From the NCBI GenBank assembly GCA_964016885.1, contig OZ024744.1, positions 20,956,001 through 21,020,000 of the forward strand: a stretch of 64,000 bases of DNA, in the 5' to 3' direction. Positions 55,101-64,000 of the stretch are shown here, in pieces. The notes below the pieces were generated by a model. That model worked only from the letters and a program-made list of their open reading frames with translations, searched no databases and was not told the DNA's origin. Position numbers and translations under genes: made by a program. Each line of letters begins with the position of its first letter. The stretch's first letter is position 1. The stretch is from Eledone cirrhosa (lineage: Eukaryota).

Positions 55101-58100
55101 CAACAGTTGAATCTTAAGTTAAGACTCGTTTTAACAACAGTTGAATCTTAAGAACTGACTCGTTTTAACGACAGCTGAATCTTAAGATAAAACTCGTTTT
55201 AACAACAGTTGGATCTTAAGAACTGACTCGTTTTAACAACAGTTGAATCTTACGATAAAACTCGTTTTAACAACAGTTGAATCTTATGAACTAACTCATT
55301 TTAACAACAGTTGAATCTTAAGTTAAGACTCGTTTTAACAACAGTTGAATATTAAGACAAAACCCGTTTTAACAACAGTTGAATATTAAGAACTGTCTCG
55401 TTTTAACAACAGTTGAATCTTAAGATAAACCTCGTTTTAACAACAGTTTAATCTTAAGAACTGACTCGTTTTAACAACAGTTGAATCTTAAGACAAAACT
55501 CGTTTTAACAACAGTTGAATCTTAAGAACTGACTTGTTCTAACAACAGTTCAGCCTTAAGAACTGACTCGTTTTAAAACAGTTGAATCGTTAGAACTGAC
55601 TCGTTTTAACAACAGTTGAATCTTAAAATAAAACTCGTTTTAACAATAGTTGAATCTCAAGAACTGACTCGTTTTAGCAACAGTTGAATCTTAAGATAAC
55701 ACTCGTTTTCATAACAGTTGAATCTTAAGAACTGTCTCGTTTTAACAACAGTTGAATTTTAAGATAAACCTCGTTTTGACAACAGTTGAATCTTAAGAAC
55801 TGACTCGTTTTAACAACAGTTAAATCTTAATAACTGACTCGTTTTAACAACAGTTGAATGTTAAGATAAAACTCGTTTTAACAATAGTTGAATCTTAAGA
55901 TAAAACTCGTTTTAACAACAGCTGAATCTTAAGATAAAACTCGTTTTAACAACAGTTGAATCTTAAGAACTGACTCGTTTTAACAACAGCTGAATCTTAA
56001 GATAAAACTCGTTTTAACAACAGTTCAAACTTAAGAAATGACTCGTTTTAAGAAAAGTTGAATCTTATGAACTCACTCATTTTAACAACAGTTGAATCTT
56101 AAGATAACATTCGTTTTAACAACAGTTGAATCTTAAGAACTGATTCGTTTTAACAACAGTTGAATCTTAAGATAAAACTCGTTTTAACCACAGTTGAATC
56201 TTAAGAACGGACTCGTTTTAACAACAGCTGAATCTTAAGATAAAACTCGTTTTAACAACAGTTGAATCTTAAGAACTGATTCGTTTTAACAACAGTTCAA
56301 ACTTAAGAACTGATTCGTTTTAACAACAGTTGAATCTTATGAACTGACTCATTTTAACAACAGTTGAATCTTAAGATAACATTCGTTTTAACAACAGTTG
56401 AATCTTAAGAACTGACTCGTTTTAACAACAGTTGAATCTTAAGATAAAACTCGTTTTAACAACAGTTGAATCTTAAGAACTGACTCGTTTTAACGACAGC
56501 TGAATCTTAAGATAAATCTTGTTTTAACAACAGTTGAATCTTAAAGATAAAACTCGCTTTAACAACAGTTGAATCTTAAGAACTGACTCGTTTTAACAAC
56601 AGTTGAATCTTAAGACACAACCCGTTTTAACAACAGTTGAATATTAAGAACTGTCTCGTTTTAACAACAGTTGAATGTTAAGATAAAACTCGTTTTAACA
56701 ATAGTTGTATCTTAAGAACTGACTCGTTTTAACAACAGTTGAATCTTCAAATAAAACTCGTTTTAACAACAGTTGAATCTTAAGAACTGACTCGTTTTAA
56801 CAACAGTTGAATGTTAAGATAAAACTCGTTTTAACAATAGTGGAATCTTAAGAACTGACTCGTTTTAACAACAGTTGAATCTTAAGATAAAACTCGTTTT
56901 AACAACAGTTGAATCTTAAGAACTGACTCGTTTTAACGACAGATGAATCTTAAGATAAAACTCGTTTTAACAACAGTTCAAACTTAAGAAATGACTCGTT
57001 TTAACAACAGTTGAATCTTATGAACTGACTCATTTTAACAACAGTTGAATCTTAAGAACTGATTCGTTTTAACAACAGTTGAATCTTAAGATAAAACTCG
57101 TTTTAACAACAGTTGAATCTTAAGACAAAACTCGTTTTAGCAACAGTTGAATCTTAAGAACTGACTTGTTCTAACAACATTTCAGCCTTAAGAACTGACT
57201 CGTTTTAAAACAGTTGAATCGTTAGAACTGACTCGTTTTAACAACAGTTGAATCTTAAAATAAAACTCGTTTTAACAATAGTTGAATCTCAAGAACTGAC
57301 TCGTTTTAGCAACAGTTGAATCTTAAGATAACACTCGTTTTCATAACAGTTGAATCTTAAGAACTGTCTCGTTTTAACAACAGTTGAATTTTAAGATAAA
57401 CCTCGTTTTGACAACAGTTGAATCATAAGAACTGACTCGTTTTAACAACAGTTAAATCTTAATAACTGACTCGTTTTAACAACAGTTGAATCTTATGAAC
57501 TGACTCATTTTAACAACAGTTGAATCTTAAGAACTGATTCGTTTTAACAACAGCTGAATCTTAAGATAAAACTCGTTTTAACAACAGTTGAATCTTAAGA
57601 ACTGACTCGTTTTAACAACAGCTGAATCTTAAGATAAAACTCGTTTTAACAACAGTTGAATCTTAAGAACTGACTCGTTTTAACAACAGCTGAATCTTAA
57701 GATAAAACTCGTTTTAACAACAGTTGAATCTTAACATAAAACTCGTTTTAACAACAGTTGAATCTTAAGAACTGACTCTTTTTAACAACAGTTGAATCTT
57801 AAGATAAAACTCGTTTTAACAACAGTTGAATCTTATGAGCTAACTCATTTTAACAACAGTTGAATCTTAAGTTAAGACTCGTTTTAACAACAGTTGAATC
57901 TTAAGAACTGACTCGTTTTAACAACAGCTGAATCTTAAGATAAAACTCGTTTTAACAACAGTTGAATCTTAAGAACTGACTCGTTTTAACAACAGTTGAA
58001 TCTTCAAATAAAACTCGTTTTAACAACAGTTGAATCTTAAGAACTGACTCGTTTTAACAACAGTTGAATGTTAAGATAAAACTCGTTTTAACAATAGTGG

Positions 58101-61100
58101 AATCTTAAGAACTGACTCGTTTTAACAACAGTTGAATCTTAAGATAAAACTCGTTTTAACAACAGTTGAATCTTAAAAACTGACTCGTTTTAACAACAGC
58201 TGAATCTTAAGATAAAACTCGTTTTAACAACAGTTCAAACTTAAGAAATGACTCGTTTTAACAAAAGTTGAATCTTATGAACTCACTCATTTTAACAACA
58301 GTTGAATCTTAAGATAACATTCGTTTTAACAACAGTTGAATCTTAAGAACTGATTCGTTTTAACAACAGTTGAATCTTAAGATAAAACTCGTTTTAACAA
58401 CACTTGAATCTTAAGAACGGACTCGTTTTAACAACACCTGAATCTTAAGATAAAACTCATTTTAACAACAGTTGAATCTTAAGAACTGATTCGTTTTAAC
58501 AACAGTTCAAACTTAAGAACTGACTCGTTTTAACAACAGTTGAATCTAATGAACTGACTCATTTTAACAACAGTTGAATCTTAAGATAACATTCGTTTTA
58601 ACAACAGTTGAATCTTAAGAACTGACTCGTTTTAACAGCAGTTGAATCTTAAAGATAAAACTCGTTTCGACAACAGTTGAATCTTAAGAACTGACTCGTT
58701 TTAACAACAGCTGAATCTTAAGATAAAACTCGTTTTAACAACAGTTGAATCTTAAGATAAAACTCGTTTTAACAACAGTTGAATCTTAAGATAAAACTCG
58801 TTTTACCAACAGTTGAATCTTAAGAACTGATTCGTTTTAACAACAGCTGAATCTTAAGATAAAACTCGTTTTAACAACAGTTGAATCTTAAGAACTGATT
58901 CGTTTTAACAACAGCTGAATCTTAAGATAAAACTCGTTTTAACAACAGTTGAATCTTAAGAACTGACTCGTTTTAACAACAGCTGAATCTTAAGATAAAA
59001 CTCGTTTTAACAACAGTTGAATCTTAAGATAAAACTCGTTTTAACAACAGTTGAATCTTAAGAACTGACTCTTTTTAACAACAGTTGAATCTTAAGATAA
59101 AACTCGTTTTAACAACAGTTGAATCTTATGAGCTAACTCATTTTAACAACAGTTGAATCTTAAGTTAAGACTCGTTTTAACAACAGTTGAATCTTAAGAA
59201 CTGACTTGTTTTAACAACAGCTGAATCTTAAGATAAAACTCGTTTTAACAACAGTTGAATCTTAAGAACTGACTCGTTTTAACAACAGCTGAATCTTAAG
59301 ATAAAACTCGTTTTAACAACAGTTGAATCTTAAGATAAAACTCGTTTTAACAACAGTTGAATCTTAAGTACTGACTCGTTTTAACAACAGTTGAATCTTA
59401 AGATAAAACTCGTTTTAACAACAGTTGAATCTTATGAACTAACTCATTTTAACAACAGTTGAATCTTAAGTTAAGACTCGTTTTAACAACAGTTGAATCT
59501 TAAGAACTGACTCGTTTTAACGACAGCTGAATCTTAAGATAAAACTCGTTTTAACAACAGTTGGATCTTAAGAACTGACTCGTTTTAACAACAGTTGAAT
59601 CTTAAGATAAAACTCGTTTTAACCACAGTTGAATCTTAAGAACGGACTCGTTTTAACAACAGCTGAATCTTAAGATAAAACTCGTTTTAACAACAGTTGA
59701 ATCTTAAGAACTGATTCGTTTTAACAACAGTTCAAACTTAAGAACTGATTCGTTTTAACAACAGTTGAATCTTATGAACTGACTCATTTTAACAACAGTT
59801 GAATCTTAAGAACTGACTCGTTTTAACAACAGTTGAATCTTAAGATAAAACTCGTTTTAACAACAGTTGAATCTTAAGAACTGACTCGTTTTAACGACAG
59901 CTGAATCTTAAGATAAATCTTGTTTTAACAACAGTTGAATCTTAAAGATAAAACTCGCTTTAACAACAGTTGAATCTTAAGAACTGACTCGTTTTAACAA
60001 CAGTTGAATCTTAAGACACAACCCGTTTTAACAACAGTTGAATATTAAGAACTGTCTCGTTTTAACAACAGTTGAATGTTAAGATAAAACTCGTTTTAAC
60101 AATAGTTGTATCTTAAGAACTGACTCGTTTTAACAACAGTTGAATCTTCAAATAAAACTCGTTTTAACAACAGTTGAATCTTAAGAACTGACTCGTTTTA
60201 ACAACAGTTGAATGTTAAGATAAAACTCGTTTTAACAATAGTGGAATCTTAAGAACTGACTCGTTTTAACAACAGTTGAATCTTAAGATAAAACTCGTTT
60301 TAACAACAGTTGAATCTTAAGAACTGACTCGTTTTAACGACAGATGAATCTTAAGATAAAACTCGTTTTAACAACAGTTCAAACTTAAGAAATGACTCGT
60401 TTTAACAACAGTTGAATCTTATGAACTGACTCATTTTAACAACAGTTGAATCTTAAGAACTGATTCGTTTTAACAACAGTTGAATCTTAAGATAAAACTC
60501 GTTTTAACAACAGTTGAATCTTAAGACAAAACTCGTTTTAGCAACAGTTGAATCTTAAGAACTGACTTGTTCTAACAACAGTTCAGCCTTAAGAACTGAC
60601 TCGTTTTAAAACAGTTGAATCGTTAGAACTGACTCGTTTTAACAACAGTTGAATCTTAAAATAAAACTCGTTTTAACAATAGTTGAATCTCAAGAACTGA
60701 CTCGTTTTAGCAACAGTTGAATCTTAAGATAACACTCGTTTTCATAACAGTTGAATCTTAAGAACTGTCTCGTTTTAACAACAGTTGAATTTTAAGATAA
60801 ACCTCGTTTTGACAACAGTTGAATCATAAGAACTGACTCGTTTTAACAACAGTTAAATCTTAATAACTGACTCGTTTTAACAACAGTTGAATGTTAAGAT
60901 AAAACTCGTTTTAACAATAGTTGAATCTTAAGAACTGACTCGTTTTAACAACAGTTGAATCTTAAGATAAAACTCGTTTTAACAACTGTTGAATCTTAAG
61001 AACTGACTCGTTTTAACGACAGCTGAATCTTAAGATAAAACTCGTTTTAACAACAGTTCAAACTTAAGAAATGACTCGTTTTAACAACAGTTGAATCTTA

Positions 61101-63150
61101 TGAACTGACTCATTTTAACAACAGTTGAATCTTAAGAACTGATTCGTTTTAACAACAGCTGAATCTTAAGATAAAACTCGTTTTAACAACAGTTGAATCT
61201 TAAGAACTGACTCGTTTTAACAACAGCTGAATCTTAAGATAAAACTCGTTTTAACAACAGTTGAATCTTAAGAACTGACTCGTTTTAACAACAGCTGAAT
61301 CTTAAGAGAAAACTCGTTTTAACAACAGTTGAATCTTAACATAAAACTCGTTTTAACAACAGTTGAATCTTAAGAACTGACTCTTTTTAACAACAGTTGA
61401 ATCTTAAGATAAAACTCGTTTTAACAACAGTTGAATCTTATGAGCTAACTCATTTTAACAACAGTTGAATCTTAAGTTAAGACTCGTTTTAACAACAGTT
61501 GAATCTTAAGAACTGACTCGTTTTAACAACAGCTGAATCTTAAGATAAAACTCGTTTTAACAACAGTTGAATCTTAAGAACTGACTCGTTTTAACAACAG
61601 TTGAATCTTCAAATAAAACTCGTTTTAACAACAGTTGAATCTTAAGAACTGACTCGTTTTAACAACAGTTGAATGTTAAGATAAAACTCGTTTTAACAAT
61701 AGTGGAATCTTAAGAACTGCCTCGTTTTAACAACAGTTGAATCTTAAGATAAAACTCGTTTTAACAACAGTTGAATCTTAAGAACTGACTCGTTTTAACA
61801 ACAGCTGGATCTTAAGATAAAACTCGTTTTAACAACAGTTCAAACTTAAGAAATGACTCGTTTTAACAAAAGTTGAATCTTATGAACTCACTCATTTTAA
61901 CAACAGTTGAATCTTAAGATAACATTCGTTTTAACAACAGTTGAATCTTAAGAACTGATTCGTTTTAACAACAGTTGAATCTTAAGATAAAACTCGTTTT
62001 AACAACACTTGAATCTTAAGAACGGACTCGTTTTAACAACACCTGAATCTTAAGATAAAACTCGTTTTAACAACAGTCGAATCTTAAGAACTGATTCGTT
62101 TTAACAACAGTTCAAACTTAAGAACTGACTCGTTTTAACAACAGTTGAATCTAATGAACTGACTCATTTTAACAACAGTTGAATCTTAAGATAACATTCG
62201 TTTTAACAACAGTTGAATCTTAAGAACTGACTCGTTTTAACAGCAGTTGAATCTTAAAGATAAAACTCGTTTCGACAACAGTTGAATCTTAAGAACTGAC
62301 TCGTTTTAACAACAGCTGAATCTTAAGATAAAACTCGTTTTAACAACAGTTGAATCTTAAGATAAAACTAGTTTTAACAACAGTTGAATCTTAAGATAAA
62401 ACTCGTTTTAACAACAGTTGAATCTTAAGAACTGATTCGTTTTAACAACAGCTGAATCTTAAGATAAAACTCGTTTTAACAACAGTTGAATCTTAAGAAC
62501 TGATTCGTTTTAACAACAGCTGAATCTTAAGATAAAACTCGTTTTAACAACAGTTGAATCTTAAGAACTGACTCGTTTTAACAACAGCTGAATCTTAAGA
62601 TAAAACTTGTTTTAACAACAGTTGAATCTTAAGATAAAACTCGTTTTAACAACAGTTGAATCTTAAGAACTGACTCTTTTTAACAACAGTTGAATCTTAA
62701 GATAAAACTCGTTTTAACAACAGTTGAATCTTATGAGCTAACTCATTTTAACAACAGTTGAATCTTAAGTTAAGACTCGTTTTAACAACAGTTGAATCTT
62801 AAGAACTGACTAGTTTTAACAACAGCTGAATCTTAAGATAAAACTCGTTTTAACAACAGTTGAATCTTAAGAACTGACTCGTTTTAACAACAGCTGAATC
62901 TTAAGATAAAACTCGTTTTAACAACAGTTGAATCTTAAGATAAAACTCGTTTTAACAACAGTTGAATCTTAAGTACTGACTCGTTTTAACAACAGTTGAA
63001 TCTTAAGATAAAACTCGTTTTAACAACAGTTGAATCTTATGAACTAACTCATTTTAACAACAGTTGAATCTTAAGTTAAGACTCGTTTTAACAACAGTTG
63101 AATCTTAAGAACTGACTCGTTTTAACAACAGCTGAATCTTAAGATAAAAC
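40150..63150. repeat. Young homogenised domain: ~7.7-7.9-kb super-repeat made of subunits P (~3.4-3.6 kb) and Q (~4.25-4.3 kb) in the order P-Q-P-Q-P-P
   Basis: GACACAACCC occurs only at 41002, 44642, 48893, 52329, 56614 and 60015. TTTTAAGAAAAG occurs at 40440, 48331 and 56052 (offsets 7891, 7721). ATCATAAG occurs at ~41812, 49703, 57424 and 60825. AACCACAG, GATAAATCTTG and GACAGATG mark all six subunit heads. Confidence 0.9.
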
Positions 63151-64000
63151 TCGTTTTAACAACAGTTGAATCTTAAGAACTGACTCGTTTTAACAACAGC
63201 TGAATCTTAAGATAAAACTCGTTTTAACAACAGTTGAATCTTAAGATAAAACTCGTTTTAACAACAGTTGGATCTTAAGAACTGACTCGTTTTAACAACA
63301 GTTGAATCTTACGATAAAACTCGTTTTAACAACAGTTGAATCTTATGAACTAACTCATTTTAACAACAGTTGAATCTTAAGTTAAGACTCGTTTTAACAA
63401 CAGTTGAATATTAAGACAAAACCCGTTTTAACAACAGTTGAATCTTAAGAACTGTCTCGTTTTAACAACAGTTGAATCTTAAGATAAACCTCGTTTTAAC
63501 AACAGTTTAATCTTAAGAACTGACTCGTTTTAACAACAGTTGAATCTTAAGACAAAACTCGTTTTAACAACAGTTGAATCTTAAGAACTGACTTGTTCTA
63601 ACAACAGTTCAGCCTTAAGAACTGACTCGTTTTAAAACAGTTGAATCGTTAGAACTGACTCGTTTTAACAACAGTTGAATCTTAAAATAAAACTCGTTTT
63701 AACAATAGTTGAATCTCAAGAACTGACTCGTTTTAGCAACAGTTGAATCTTAAGATAACACTCGTTTTCATAACAGTTGAATCTTAAGAACTGTCTCGTT
63801 TTAACAACAGTTGAATCTTAAAATAAAACTCGTTTTAACAACAGCTGAATCTTAAGATAAAACTCGTTTTAACAACAGTTGAATCTTAAGATAAAACTCG
63901 TTTTAACAACAGTTGAATCTTAAGAACTGACTCTTTTTAACAACAGTTGAATTTTAAGATAAACCTCGATTTGACAACAGTTGAATCTTAAGAACTGACT

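Larger units (their letters stand above)
1..64000. repeat. 34-bp tandem satellite array (~1,880 monomers), A/B monomer types largely alternating as a 68-bp dimer; extends beyond both window ends
   Basis: Monomer A at 1-34 is CTTAAGATAAAACTCGTTTTAACAACAGTTGAAT. The B type has ACTG instead of TAAA at monomer positions 8-11 (e.g. 35-68, 273-306). The same unit repeats in the same orientation to base 64000 with only substitutions and 1-bp indels. No unique sequence was seen. GC is 9/34 (A) and 11/34 (B). Confidence 0.99.

Noticed and set aside
1-64000. Protein-coding repeat on either strand
   Set aside because: 34 is not a multiple of 3, so any frame cycles through all phases within three monomers. 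Each monomer has TAA twice on both strands (TTAA) plus TGA on the + strand, so no long ORF exists in the standard code.
1-64000. Minus-strand ORF under a TAA/TAG=Gln (ciliate-type) code, because the consensus minus strand lacks TGA
   Set aside because: Common variants (CTCAT, TTCAAA, TTCAG, CTCAAG) introduce minus-strand TGA. Recurrent +1/-1 indels and arbitrary monomer-number changes show no frame conservation.
1-64000. Sequencing or rolling-circle concatemer artefact, or synthetic sequence
   Set aside because: Variants are shared hierarchically among blocks with nested duplications and positional layering, which random error or copying of one circle would not produce. Local mis-assembly cannot be excluded.
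1-64000. Telomeric repeat, replication-origin iterons, or piggyBac/MITE array (TTAA every 17 bp)
   Set aside because: There is no G-rich strand or telomerase-type short unit, no rep gene and far too many copies for iterons. No terminal inverted repeats flank a distinct internal sequence; TTAA is simply part of the monomer.

Overview
The whole 64-kb window is one uninterrupted, head-to-tail, single-orientation, AT-rich (~29% GC) tandem array of about 1,880 copies of a 34-bp monomer. It runs off both ends of the window. I found no genes, RNA genes, mobile elements or CRISPR spacers. There are two monomer types that mostly alternate as a 68-bp dimer: A = CTTAAGATAAAACTCGTTTTAACAACAGTTGAAT and B = CTTAAGAACTGACTCGTTTTAACAACAGTTGAAT. 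The monomer looks like two diverged 17-bp halves. Above the dimer there is no single fixed higher-order period. Recognisable multi-monomer variant cassettes are reshuffled by in-register duplications and deletions, with hand-measured offsets of 443, 1801, 1835, 2481, 2516/2959, 3401-3640, 5812 and 7687-7891 bp. The right third (~40.5-63 kb) is a young P-Q-P-Q-P-P expansion. The most unusual signal is that many recurrent variants restore or extend base-pairing in short quasi-palindromes within the monomer, including three different solutions at one mismatched pair. The architecture is typical of eukaryotic (peri)centromeric or heterochromatic satellite DNA, but I cannot name the family or organism from the sequence. 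All counts and offsets were read by eye; block boundaries are approximate to within a few monomers.
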